From the IMG/VR virus record IMGVR_UViG_2061766007_000872: DNA of 64,000 nucleotides; one strand, given 5' to 3'. Shown here piece after piece: positions 1-9,251 of this stretch; the stretch's first letter is position 1; each line of letters opens with the position of its first letter. The notes under the pieces were generated by a model. The model was not told the origin of the DNA, did no database searches, and saw nothing but the letters and a program-made list of their open reading frames with translations. This stretch comes from an uncultured virus (IMG/VR IMGVR_UViG_2061766007_000872). Its lineage: Duplodnaviria > Heunggongvirae > Uroviricota > Caudoviricetes. A program made the position numbers and the translations under genes.

Positions 1-2
1 TA

Positions 3-299
3 GTTAGAAATATCAATGCATCAAATGTTAGTGATGCAGAAAAAGAATTCCTTAGATATGCTGCAGCAAGACATATTGTATTTACATATTCAAAGATTGC
101 AGATTACTATGCTCATGCAACTCCAGAGATGCAAAAACTCATGGAACAAAGTGCATTAGTTATCATTGATATGGATGATGCTATTGCCAATGGCTATGTC
201 AAGTTATCTAAGAATATTGAAAAGATTATGAAAGATACTGGTAGACCAGTCAAAGAAGAGTTTTATAATCAAACAACCGGTAAAAAAGGTGAACAATAA
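3..299 (+). CDS. 5'-truncated conserved phage protein of the kind found next to GREB1/TAGT-like glycosyltransferases
   Basis: Open frame 3 from the window edge (…KEFLRYAAARHIVFTYSKIADYYAHATPEMQKLMEQSALVIIDMDDAIANGYVKL…); TAA at 297-299 overlaps the next ATG. Not in the ORF track. Confidence 0.7.
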   Translation, partial: VRNINASNVSDAEKEFLRYAAARHIVFTYSKIADYYAHATPEMQKLMEQSALVIIDMDDAIANGYVKLSKNIEKIMKDTGRPVKEEFYNQTTGKKGEQ

Positions 300-1153
300 T
301 GGTAAGAGATAGTTTTGCTATATTTATCTTAACACATGGTAGACCAGATAAAGTCTTAACTTTAACTCTTCTTGAAAAGTGTAATTATACAGGTAAATGG
401 TATCTTGTTATTGATAATGAAGACAAGACAGCAGATAGATACTATGAACTTTATGGTAAAGAACATGTTGTCATGTTTGATAAGTTAAAGAAAGCACAAG
501 AATTTGATACCTGTGATATTTTATCAAGAGATAGAAGAGCAATTGTTTATGCGAGAAACGCAGCATTTGATATTGCAGAAAATCTCGGCTTAACTTATTT
601 CTTAGAACTTGATGATGACTACACAGAATTTAGAATGAGATATGACCTCAATGGTGTCTTCTCATCTTTATATGTCACACAATTAGACCCACTTATTGAA
701 GAAACACTTGACTTCTTAGATACAAGTGGTGCACTTACAGTAGCATGGGCTCAAACTGGTGACTTCATTGGTGGCATGGGCTCAAGAGTTTATAAAGAGA
801 GATTGACAAGAAAAGCCATGAACTCATTCTTCTGCAGAGTTGATAGAAGATTTGACTTTGTTGGTAGAATTAATGAAGATGTTAATACATATACTTGGAG
901 AGGTACAAGAGGTGAATTGTTTTTTACAATTGCAGATATGTCGTTGAATCAACAAGACTCACAACAAAATAGTGGTGGTATGACAGAGTTGTATTTAAAT
1001 GCAGGTACATATGTCAAGTCATTCTATTCAGTTATTGTTGCTCCTTCTTGTGTTAAGATTGCAGAAATGGGTTGTGGCCATAGAAGAATTCACCACTTAG
1101 TTGATTGGGAAACATGTACTCCAAAGATTATAAGTAGTAGATTTAAAAAATAA
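299..1153 (+). CDS. GREB1-like / TET-associated glycosyltransferase (TAGT), GT-A fold, copy 1
   Basis: IFILTHGRPD start, RN motif, LDDD (DxD), GRINEDVNTY, QQNSGGMT, HRRIHH. Confidence 0.75.
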   Translation: MVRDSFAIFILTHGRPDKVLTLTLLEKCNYTGKWYLVIDNEDKTADRYYELYGKEHVVMFDKLKKAQEFDTCDILSRDRRAIVYARNAAFDIAENLGLTYFLELDDDYTEFRMRYDLNGVFSSLYVTQLDPLIEETLDFLDTSGALTVAWAQTGDFIGGMGSRVYKERLTRKAMNSFFCRVDRRFDFVGRINEDVNTYTWRGTRGELFFTIADMSLNQQDSQQNSGGMTELYLNAGTYVKSFYSVIVAPSCVKIAEMGCGHRRIHHLVDWETCTPKIISSRFKK

Positions 1154-1154
1154 T

Positions 1155-2006
1155 ATGAGAAATGATTTTGCAGTATTCATTCTTTCTCATGGTAGACCAG
1201 ATAAGGTTGTTACATTAAAAACACTTAAAAGAATTGGCTATACTGGAAAGTATTATATTGTACTTGATGATGAAGATAAAACTTTACAAGAGTATAAAAA
1301 TACTTTTGGTGAAGACCATATTCTTTTATTTAATAAAGACAAAGTTGAACAATCATTTGATACCATGGATAATCTAAGCAACAAGAAAGTTGTTGTATAT
1401 GCCAGAAACGTTTGTTTTGATTTTGCAAGACAATTAGGTCTAAAATACTTTCTTGAATTAGATGATGATTATGTTAGATTAGAGTTAAGAACTGAAGAAT
1501 GTGGGAAATTGCTTACAACAGAACTGAGGAACGCTGATTCAATATTTGAATGTATGTTAGACTTTTTAGAAGATTCCAAAGCCCTATCAGTTGCTTTTGC
1601 ACAAGGTGGAGATTTGATTGGTGGTCTTGGAGGAACAATGTGGAAAGTTAAACTCAAAAGAAAAGCAATGAATTCCTTTTTCTGCAAGACGGATAGACCA
1701 TTCTCATTTATAGGAAGAATCAATGAGGATGTTAATACATATACAACTTTAGGTTCTAGAGGTAATTTATTCTTCACAATAGCAAATATAGATTTAATTC
1801 AAGCACCAACACAAGCACATGATGGTGGCATGAGTGATGTCTATCTTGACTCTGGAACTTATCTAAAATCATTTTATACAATTATGTCAATGCCATCATG
1901 TGTATCAATTGATATGATGGGAGAACAACATAGAAGAATACATCATAAAGTAGATTGGGAAACTTGTGTTCCTAAGATTATTAGTGGGAGATTTAAAAAT
2001 GGCTAG
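1155..2006 (+). CDS. GREB1-like / TAGT glycosyltransferase, copy 2 (tandem paralog)
   Basis: Colinear with copy 1 over its whole length; same LDDD, GRINEDVNTY and HRRIHH motifs. Confidence 0.75.
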   Translation: MRNDFAVFILSHGRPDKVVTLKTLKRIGYTGKYYIVLDDEDKTLQEYKNTFGEDHILLFNKDKVEQSFDTMDNLSNKKVVVYARNVCFDFARQLGLKYFLELDDDYVRLELRTEECGKLLTTELRNADSIFECMLDFLEDSKALSVAFAQGGDLIGGLGGTMWKVKLKRKAMNSFFCKTDRPFSFIGRINEDVNTYTTLGSRGNLFFTIANIDLIQAPTQAHDGGMSDVYLDSGTYLKSFYTIMSMPSCVSIDMMGEQHRRIHHKVDWETCVPKIISGRFKNG

Positions 2007-2463
2007 ACCGAATAGAGGAAAACAATTTGAAGAACAATTTGCTACAGATTGGAAGAGAACATTTCCTGGAACATTCTTCTTAAGACTTAGAGATAATGTT
2101 TCTAGATATAAAGGTAACTCAAACAATCCTTGTGACTTTCTTTGTATGCCTAGAGATAAGTTATTCATGATAGAGACAAAAGCACACTATGAGAATAGAT
2201 TTCCATTTAGTGATTTACCTCAATATGATTCACTTGTTTCATTTAGACATTGCAAGAACGTTCAACCTGCAGCAGTTATTTGGTTTATTGACTATGATAA
2301 GGTACTATACTTTCCGATTGAAACATTAATGAAGATGAGAGAAAATGGTTTAAAAAGTATAAATTTAAGACACTTGACTCATGATGAGTATGACTATATT
2401 GAAATACCTTCAGAGAAGTTGAGAGTGAAGATGAGAAGTGATTATTCAATTTTAATTGTATAA
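1999..2463 (+). CDS. RecU-like Holliday junction resolvase (PD-(D/E)XK)
   Basis: NRGKQFE, PCDF, IETK motifs; ATG at 1999. Confidence 0.7.
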   Translation: MARPNRGKQFEEQFATDWKRTFPGTFFLRLRDNVSRYKGNSNNPCDFLCMPRDKLFMIETKAHYENRFPFSDLPQYDSLVSFRHCKNVQPAAVIWFIDYDKVLYFPIETLMKMRENGLKSINLRHLTHDEYDYIEIPSEKLRVKMRSDYSILIV

Positions 2464-2482
2464 TAATTTAAGGAGAAACATT

Positions 2483-3052
2483 ATGGCAGAAACATATTTA
2501 AACAATGTTGATATTGAAAAAGTTGATAAGTTAATGAGAGAAACAGGAATTAATGTTAGATACTTTAACAATACTTGTGCAGATGTAGTTAAGCAATACT
2601 CAGAAGGTTTAGATAATCTTATGAAAGACCTTTATGTTGAGTGCATTAAGAATAATGATGTCACATTAGATACAATTGAAAGATACTATTTAGAATTATC
2701 TAATATGGTGTATTTCATGCAAGAAAAGGTTGAACAACTTGGTGTCTATGCGGATATGAGTGAAAGTGCTTCTAAAGAAGTATACTCAAAGAGTGTTATC
2801 AATCAAAGTATATCTAAAGATGAAAACGGTAAAAGTAAAGTTACATCTACAGTTATGCAAGCACAAGCAAATGTAGATGCTCAATATGAGACAGTTGTTT
2901 CAAGCATCTATGATAGAGCATATAAGATTGTCAAGAGTAAAGTTGCTAGTGCTCAAGATATGATGAATACACTTAGAAAGTTAATCACAAGTAGACAAAA
3001 TGAAATGCAAATGTCTATGTTTGGCAATAGGGAGAAATTAAGTGAGAATTAA
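2483..3052 (+). CDS. Helical/coiled-coil protein, possibly a UvsY-like recombination mediator
   Basis: AGGAG SD and ATG at 2483; helical pattern; lies upstream of recA. Function is a guess. Confidence 0.35.
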   Translation: MAETYLNNVDIEKVDKLMRETGINVRYFNNTCADVVKQYSEGLDNLMKDLYVECIKNNDVTLDTIERYYLELSNMVYFMQEKVEQLGVYADMSESASKEVYSKSVINQSISKDENGKSKVTSTVMQAQANVDAQYETVVSSIYDRAYKIVKSKVASAQDMMNTLRKLITSRQNEMQMSMFGNREKLSEN

Positions 3053-3464
3053 TTTACCATTTGATGTCACAGTGAGTTGTGATGAATATCCTTTTAATGA
3101 TGACCACTTTACATATGACTACTGTGTTGATGTAGAGTGTCAAGACATTGTTGAGTTTATATATAAAGATGCATATGGAAAAGAGTGGAATCCTTTAAGT
3201 TGGCATCTTGAAAAAGGTGCTAGAGAATTAGTTAAAGACATTGAAGATTCATGGCTAAGAGATGATATTGATATCTATGCAATGTTACAAGATTTGCCTT
3301 TAAGAGATTTCCTTAAAAATAAATATAGTGATGAAGTTGAAAGAATTTGTATTAAACAACATAGAGAATATTTGCAGGACACCTATGAGTCACAAATTCA
3401 AGATGACTTAGCACTTAATCAAAATTATTGGGACAGGTTATATATAGAATGTGAGGTAAGATAA
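3042..3464 (+). CDS. hypothetical protein
   Basis: 140-aa ORF, GGGAG SD, tiles between neighbours. Confidence 0.6.
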   Translation: MRINLPFDVTVSCDEYPFNDDHFTYDYCVDVECQDIVEFIYKDAYGKEWNPLSWHLEKGARELVKDIEDSWLRDDIDIYAMLQDLPLRDFLKNKYSDEVERICIKQHREYLQDTYESQIQDDLALNQNYWDRLYIECEVR

Positions 3465-4636
3465 TGGCAGATGTATTAAGTTTACAAGAAATTTTAAAGA
3501 AGATTAATAAAGAACAAGGAAGTACAGTTATTTCAACTGGTGTCAAAGAGTTAACTGAATCAAGTTATATCTCTTTAGGTTCTCCTTGGTTAGACTTCAT
3601 GATTTACAATCGTTTTCCTGAAAAGAGAATCATAGAGATTTGTGGTCCAGAAGCAGCAGGTAAAACTACACTTGCTTATTTGGCTTGTGCTGGTTATCAA
3701 AAGAAAGAACTTAAAAGACATCCAGATAATCCTAGAAAGATTCTTTGGGTTGACTTAGAGTTCACTGCTGATGCAGAATGGGCAATGAAGATGAACTATG
3801 ACATGAATGATAGTCCAGTTCAAACTTTATACTTTAAGCCAGAAGATTTATCAGCAGAAGAAATCTTTGACTACATTGTAAGCATTGTTAGAACTGGTGA
3901 AGTTGGTTGGGTTGTTATTGACTCACTCTCAATGTTAGTTTCACAACAAGTTTATAATGAATCATTTGAAAAGAAACAAATGGGTGGCATTGCCAGTGCA
4001 TTAGGTGACTTTGTTAAGAGAATCACATCACTCCTTATTAAATATGATTGTACATTAATTGGCTTAAATCAATTAAGAGAAAACATTGGTGGTTATGGTA
4101 ATCCATTAGTCACAAGTGGTGGTAGAGGATGGAAGCATGGTTGCTCAGTTAGAATCATGGTTAGAAAAGGTAAGTTCATTGATGCAGACAATAATGAATT
4201 ATCAAACCAAGCAGAATCTCCAGCAGGATATATTATGGAAGCGGCTTTATTAAAGACTAAAGTATGTCCTTGGGATAGAAAACTTGGTTGTACATACATT
4301 TCTTATACAAGAGGTGTTGACATCTTACAAGATACAATTGAAGTTGCTACACACTTTGGCTTCATTGATAACTCAGTTACAGGTACCTTTGCAATGTTAA
4401 ATCCAGATACTGGTGAAGCATTACTTGATGCAGAGGGTAAACCAATCAAGATTAGAGGCAAGAAGAATGTCAAACCTTACTTAGAAGAACACTTAGATGT
4501 TTGGCATAAACTCTATGATAAAGTTTATGAAAAGTTATCAGTAACTAATGACCCTAATGTTGTCTCATTTGAAAAGATGTTAGGTATCAATATTGGTGAA
4601 ACATTTGGTGTTGATTTCACTAAAGAGGATGAATAA
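3464..4636 (+). CDS. recA: RecA/UvsX-family recombinase
   Basis: Walker A GPEAAGKT, VIDS Walker B, NQLR, TSGGRGWKH. Confidence 0.92.
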   Translation: MADVLSLQEILKKINKEQGSTVISTGVKELTESSYISLGSPWLDFMIYNRFPEKRIIEICGPEAAGKTTLAYLACAGYQKKELKRHPDNPRKILWVDLEFTADAEWAMKMNYDMNDSPVQTLYFKPEDLSAEEIFDYIVSIVRTGEVGWVVIDSLSMLVSQQVYNESFEKKQMGGIASALGDFVKRITSLLIKYDCTLIGLNQLRENIGGYGNPLVTSGGRGWKHGCSVRIMVRKGKFIDADNNELSNQAESPAGYIMEAALLKTKVCPWDRKLGCTYISYTRGVDILQDTIEVATHFGFIDNSVTGTFAMLNPDTGEALLDAEGKPIKIRGKKNVKPYLEEHLDVWHKLYDKVYEKLSVTNDPNVVSFEKMLGINIGETFGVDFTKEDE

Positions 4637-4637
4637 T

Positions 4638-4955
4638 ATGAAAAAATTTGCATTGATATTATTATTACCTATTATGTTATTAACATCATGTGGAGAAGGT
4701 TATACATATGTTTCTTCCAATATTACAGATAAGTGGGACAGAACTTGGACTCAAACTATCAATACTGGTAAAACAATTATACATGTTCCTCATCATGACT
4801 ATTACTTCCAATTTAATGAGTGGAAACCATATACAAAGAAAGTCAACCAAAGTGATTGGAATAAATTTGAAATTGGTGATACATATACTTTTGCCATTAG
4901 CGAGAAAGAAAGAGAATATTTCTTTGATGAAAGTATAGTTAGTGTAGAGGACTAA
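4638..4955 (+). CDS. putative lipoprotein
   Basis: MKKFALILLLPIMLLTSC signal peptide with LTSC lipobox. Confidence 0.65.
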   Translation: MKKFALILLLPIMLLTSCGEGYTYVSSNITDKWDRTWTQTINTGKTIIHVPHHDYYFQFNEWKPYTKKVNQSDWNKFEIGDTYTFAISEKEREYFFDESIVSVED

Positions 4956-4956
4956 T

Positions 4957-5304
4957 ATGAATAAAGCAGACAAGATAATTTACAATGTTGCAGATTATGA
5001 CTCAAAAGAGGAAATGATTGATGCAGTATTGAAACAAATGAAAGTATTTATAGAAACTGAAAAAGTCTTTTCATTCAATGCAATGACAAATGTAAAGGGA
5101 AAGTATGTATTACAATTTGGCCCACTTGACTTTGTAGAAGATGGATATTGGCCAGTTTGGCTAGATATAGATGAAATTTATCACATATCTGCATATGCCA
5201 ATCAAATTGAATATGCTAATGCAAAAAAATTAGTTGAAAAGTTTGATGATGAAGAAGATAATTTTGAAGTTGTTGTAAACGGAGATAAGAAGACAGATGC
5301 CTAA
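4957..5304 (+). CDS. hypothetical protein
   Basis: 115-aa ORF with GAGG SD. Confidence 0.6.
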   Translation: MNKADKIIYNVADYDSKEEMIDAVLKQMKVFIETEKVFSFNAMTNVKGKYVLQFGPLDFVEDGYWPVWLDIDEIYHISAYANQIEYANAKKLVEKFDDEEDNFEVVVNGDKKTDA

Positions 5305-5650
5305 GAATAAAGAATCAACAAGATACTTTAGTGACATGCATGAGAAGTCAGTTTGTAGGGTGTGTAATGCAATACAACAACCAAATAGTGGCGCATCACT
5401 TTTTAGAAAAGGTGATGTCATCAATAGAGATGCTTCACTATTAATAGAATGCAAAACATGTGTGACAGAAAAAGATTCATTCTCAATTAAAAAAGAATGG
5501 ATTAAAAAGAACAAAGAAGAAGCCTTTACACAAAGAGTGTTTAATAGTTGTATAGCATTCAACTATGGTCCAGAGCAAGAAAACTACTTTGTTATTGGTG
5601 AGAAGTTAATGAGATTCTTAGTTGAAAAACTTGAAGAAGAAAATAATTGA
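5297..5650 (+). CDS. Hjc-like PD-(D/E)XK nuclease / resolvase
   Basis: E…NSGA…KGDV…LIECK pattern. Confidence 0.7.
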   Translation: MPKNKESTRYFSDMHEKSVCRVCNAIQQPNSGASLFRKGDVINRDASLLIECKTCVTEKDSFSIKKEWIKKNKEEAFTQRVFNSCIAFNYGPEQENYFVIGEKLMRFLVEKLEEENN

Positions 5651-5675
5651 CATTTACTAGATATGTATATATAAT
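5647..5675 (+). promoter_or_regulatory. sigmaA/sigma70-type (early) promoter
   Basis: TTGACA-17 nt-TATAAT upstream of 5696. Confidence 0.85.
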
Positions 5676-5695
5676 GTATATGCAGAGGTAAAGTT

Positions 5696-6004
5696 ATGAA
5701 ATACGAAATTCTTCAAATTAAAAAAGCATTGATTAGTACAGGAACATGGTTATTCATGGATTATGAATATGCTAAGAAGCATGATTTTGATATTAGGGAC
5801 TATGAAGTAGTCTATAGTGGAAAGATTACAGTAGATAAAAATATCTACTCTGTGTTAGATGATTTATATATCAAGTTTAATGCTAATAGACCAGAAGATT
5901 TCAAAGGTCATTCATTATCAGTTAGTGACATAATCAGATTAGAAGATGGTAGAGTTTTCTATATTAACCCTATCGGTTATGTTCCACTCGGTGATGCACA
6001 ATGA
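5696..6004 (+). CDS. YodL-domain protein
   Basis: DYEVVYSG…FNANRPEDFKGHSLSVSDII. Confidence 0.75.
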   Translation: MKYEILQIKKALISTGTWLFMDYEYAKKHDFDIRDYEVVYSGKITVDKNIYSVLDDLYIKFNANRPEDFKGHSLSVSDIIRLEDGRVFYINPIGYVPLGDAQ

Positions 6005-6237
6005 TTTGTTACAATAATTTAAAATTAGGTAAATGTTTAGACGTAGAGACACACTATAATTATCATAATGATAGTGTGTTTACTATTAAGCGAGAATTAA
6101 AGAAACTCCATAGAGGTTGGGGTAAACATAGAATTGAAGATGAGTTGCATACAACATTTTGTGAAAGATTAGGAAAAGTTGTATACTATCAGAAAGGTAA
6201 ACCAAGGTGGAAAAAGAAAAGATTGATTTTGCAATAA
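6001..6237 (+). CDS. hypothetical protein
   Basis: 78-aa ORF, ATGA overlap with the previous gene. Confidence 0.5.
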   Translation: MICYNNLKLGKCLDVETHYNYHNDSVFTIKRELKKLHRGWGKHRIEDELHTTFCERLGKVVYYQKGKPRWKKKRLILQ

Positions 6238-6725
6238 GTAAAGGCATTCCTGCATATGATGCAGAAGGATTAGTTAAATTTATTTTTGAATTTGAAAATT
6301 TAATTGAAAAGAAAGAACAATCAATAAAAGATATTCAAGTAGAAATTGATGATTTAAAGAGCGATGTTTCTCTTGCTAAAGAAGTTCTTCTTGATGTGAT
6401 GAAGCAAGACAAGAAAGAAGTCATTGATACTAAGTTCAAACTTGTCGCTCAATTTTTTGCTAAGAATGAATTTAGTTATGGTGATGAAAAAGCACTCTTA
6501 AGTAAACTTCAAGAGATGAAATTAAATCAATACATTAAAACTACAACTAAGACTACAACATCAATTGATAAGAACAACTTGAAGAAAGATTTAAAAGTAA
6601 ATACACAATTAAAAGAATCTCTCAAAGATTTTGTTGGGGATAAAGTCACTGAATATGTTGTTGTCACAACAAAAGAAAATCATCAAAAGATGTTAGAACA
6701 TATTGAAGAAGGTAAGAAAAAATAG
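6207..6725 (+). CDS. coiled-coil protein, possibly Gam/gp157-like host-nuclease inhibitor
   Basis: N-terminal coiled coil and YIKT…SIDKNNLKK C-terminal pattern. Confidence 0.45.
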   Translation: MEKEKIDFAISKGIPAYDAEGLVKFIFEFENLIEKKEQSIKDIQVEIDDLKSDVSLAKEVLLDVMKQDKKEVIDTKFKLVAQFFAKNEFSYGDEKALLSKLQEMKLNQYIKTTTKTTTSIDKNNLKKDLKVNTQLKESLKDFVGDKVTEYVVVTTKENHQKMLEHIEEGKKK

Positions 6726-6795
6726 TTAGAGTTGCTATTAAAAACTCAGGGTGTGCTACATTTGACCAAAGTAAAAACATGTAGCATCTCAATCT

Positions 6796-6872
6796 GGACC
6801 ATTAACTCAATTGGTTAGAGTGGACGGCCCATAACCGTTAAGTTCCGGGTTCAAGTCCTGGATGGTCCACCA
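6796..6872 (+). tRNA. tRNA with CAT anticodon, most likely tRNA-Ile2 (lysidine type), encoded CCA
   Basis: Acceptor GGACCAT/ATGGTCC, D stem ACTC/GAGT, anticodon stem GACGG/CCGTT with loop CCCATAA, T arm CCGGG-TTCAAGT-CCTGG, ACCA end. The GGACC acceptor and GACGG stem resemble Firmicute Ile2 as recalled. Confidence 0.9.
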
Positions 6873-6903
6873 ATTAAATTGTATAATATGTTGAGGTACT
6901 ATT

Positions 6904-7059
6904 ATGAAAAAGTATGTATATGCATGTTTTGAATTAAGAATTGATGTGAAAGATTATGACATCAATGTTAAGATTCCATTTGATAGCGATGTAGATGCAA
7001 TTAAATACATCTATGAGCATGTAGATGGAAATTTTCATAAGAGAATTTGGTTAGAATAG
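6904..7059 (+). CDS. small hypothetical protein (51 aa)
   Basis: GAGG SD, downstream of AATTGTATAAT motif; below ORF-track cutoff. Confidence 0.55.
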   Translation: MKKYVYACFELRIDVKDYDINVKIPFDSDVDAIKYIYEHVDGNFHKRIWLE

Positions 7060-7068
7060 GAGATACTT

Positions 7069-7350
7069 ATGGGCAAAACAAGATTAAAACACTTATTGCA
7101 AATTGAGTGCAACCAAGACATAAGTTTAGGTAAATGCACAAAAATTATGATTTGGTCTCCTGTTGACCATTGTTGGTATCACGAATGTGATTTTAGTAGA
7201 ATAAATGAGAAGTATTTTAAGAAGTTCTTACTTAAACAAGAAGTAGTACGTTTTGGTTTAAGAGAAGACAGTATTGATACTATTGCCATTTTCTTAAAAG
7301 ACTATGGTAAAGAAAAGAACCGCAAATTGCACTTAAAATGGAGGAGATAG
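7069..7350 (+). CDS. hypothetical protein
   Basis: AGGAG SD, 93 aa. Confidence 0.6.
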   Translation: MGKTRLKHLLQIECNQDISLGKCTKIMIWSPVDHCWYHECDFSRINEKYFKKFLLKQEVVRFGLREDSIDTIAIFLKDYGKEKNRKLHLKWRR

Positions 7351-7352
7351 TT

Positions 7353-7988
7353 ATGGCATTAGATGAACATGAAATTAAACAAAATGAAGATGAGTTTTGT
7401 GAAATCTTGTGGGAAATTAGTAGAGAAGGTTGTGATATTGAAGGTTTAATTGCTTGGCTTGATGATAGTGGTTTCTTTAAAGCACCAGCATCAACTAAAT
7501 ATCATTGTAGTTTTCCAGGTGGCTTATGCCTACACTCTTTAAATGTATATCATGCTTTATGTAATCTTGCTGAAAGATTTACTGAGGATGGAAAATATAA
7601 TAAAGATTCGTTAATCATTGTTGGTCTTCTTCATGATTTAAATAAAGCAAATCTATATGAAGAAGCAATCAAGAATGAAAAAGTCTATTCTAAGTATGGA
7701 AAGAAGTATGATGAATTAGGCAACTTTGATTGGATTTCTACAAAATCATACAAAGTCAAAGAAGCAAAAGATAGGACACTTTTAGGTACAAAGGGCAACA
7801 TTACACATACAATTGTGAGTCAGTTCTTGCCTTTGACTACAGAAGAAATGATGACATTAATCTATCAATATTCTGCAGTTGAAAGAGAGCCATTAAATGA
7901 CTTATCAGAAATACTTGCTAAGTACAATTTAAGTGTATTATTACATAGTGCAGATATCATTGCAACATATTGTATTGAACATGATTAA
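7353..7988 (+). CDS. HD-domain phosphohydrolase
   Basis: APASTKYH…GGLCLHSLNV, LLHDLNK, LLHSAD. Confidence 0.85.
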   Translation: MALDEHEIKQNEDEFCEILWEISREGCDIEGLIAWLDDSGFFKAPASTKYHCSFPGGLCLHSLNVYHALCNLAERFTEDGKYNKDSLIIVGLLHDLNKANLYEEAIKNEKVYSKYGKKYDELGNFDWISTKSYKVKEAKDRTLLGTKGNITHTIVSQFLPLTTEEMMTLIYQYSAVEREPLNDLSEILAKYNLSVLLHSADIIATYCIEHD

Positions 7989-8355
7989 TAAATTAATTGA
8001 GGCACAATTAGCAAAGTTACAAGAAGCAAAAGTAGGAGAGTATGATAGTTTACATCATACTTTTCATATTAAAAAGTACAAGGAGCAAGAGTTTAACTAC
8101 AATGTGCAATATTTAGTTGAGTTGAATGAAACATTGCTCAAACCGTCTGTTAATGATGTTCTTGTCAGTAATTGGAATAATGGTAAAAGACCTACACATA
8201 AATATTTAAAATTTGCAATCAGTAAAAAAGTTGGCAATATGTTGTATGTATATGGTATTTATCATGATGTTGAACAGAATGTAGATTTAGATGAAGACTT
8301 TGAAGGTTGGTTACCTACAGATAGAATCAAAGTCATTAGTGAGGAAGCAATATGA
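7981..8355 (+). CDS. hypothetical protein
   Basis: ATG at 7981 overlapping the HD gene end. Confidence 0.55.
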   Translation: MINKLIEAQLAKLQEAKVGEYDSLHHTFHIKKYKEQEFNYNVQYLVELNETLLKPSVNDVLVSNWNNGKRPTHKYLKFAISKKVGNMLYVYGIYHDVEQNVDLDEDFEGWLPTDRIKVISEEAI

Positions 8356-8745
8356 AATACATCAGAACAAAAGATGGAATATATGGCATAGACCAACCTA
8401 TACAACCAGAAAGAGAATTACAAATAAAATGGATAGATGACCATTTTCTTGAAACATCTTGGAAAACAAAGCCTTGTGAATNNNNNNNNNNNNNNNNNNN
8501 NNNNNNNNNNNNNNNNAATTAGTAGAATTTGTTGCAGTAAAGTTTAAATGGGAAGACTTACCAAGCGTCCACAGTTTAAAGGAACTCTACAAAAAAGCAG
8601 AAGAGAAAGGCTGGAATAAAAATACAGTTTTTGATAATCATAAATTTTTAATTGAAAGAAGTGGAGAANNNNNNNNNNNGCTACAGACAAAGGTTTAATC
8701 TACGTTGCCAAGATGAATGATAAGGGAAAGTTGGAATTAATATGA
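8352..8745 (+). CDS. paralog family B protein (MKYIRTKDGIY…VAKMNDKGKLELI), interrupted by N gaps
   Basis: Termini match ORFs 36770 and 37207; missed by the ORF track because of gaps. Confidence 0.7.
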
Positions 8746-8960
8746 GATATAAAGTTATGGAATTAATTACACTTGAAGATGAAGACATTTCTAATGAATG
8801 TATTTATACTTGCAATAGTAAAAAAGAAGCAATTGAAATTGCAGATAGAAAGCAAGAACAATTTTTTAGACATCTTCAAGAAAGAGAAGATGGCTTATGT
8901 GAAACTCACGAATGGAAAGTCATTGATGAAAAAGGAAATATCATATATTCAGTTTGGTAG
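8742..8960 (+). CDS. hypothetical protein
   Basis: ATGA overlap, 72 aa. Confidence 0.55.
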   Translation: MRYKVMELITLEDEDISNECIYTCNSKKEAIEIADRKQEQFFRHLQEREDGLCETHEWKVIDEKGNIIYSVW

Positions 8961-8969
8961 GATGTAATT

Positions 8970-9251
8970 ATGAGTAAAAGTTTAGAGACATATAAAGCAG
9001 TAGCAACATTAGAAATGAGTGCTATGAGTGATGACAAAATGACTGTTGAAAAAGCAGAAGAATTAAGACAAGTCATTGAAAAAGAACTCAACGTATTGGA
9101 AATCATTAAAGAGAGAAAAGTTGATATTTATTTACTTGAAATAACTAAAAATGTAGACCAATACAATAGACCATTTGGAGACCATCTAGTAAGTTTATGT
9201 CGCTTATTAAATGAAGAAGAATATGACTTGTTAAAGGAATTTTTGTTATGA
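8970..9251 (+). CDS. paralog family A protein
   Basis: MSKSLE…IEKELNVLEIIKE…LNEEEYDLLKEFL. Confidence 0.7.
   Translation: MSKSLETYKAVATLEMSAMSDDKMTVEKAEELRQVIEKELNVLEIIKERKVDIYLLEITKNVDQYNRPFGDHLVSLCRLLNEEEYDLLKEFLL

Noticed and set aside
6796..6872. Initiator tRNA-fMet
   Set aside because: G1-C72 is paired and the anticodon stem lacks the three consecutive G-C pairs
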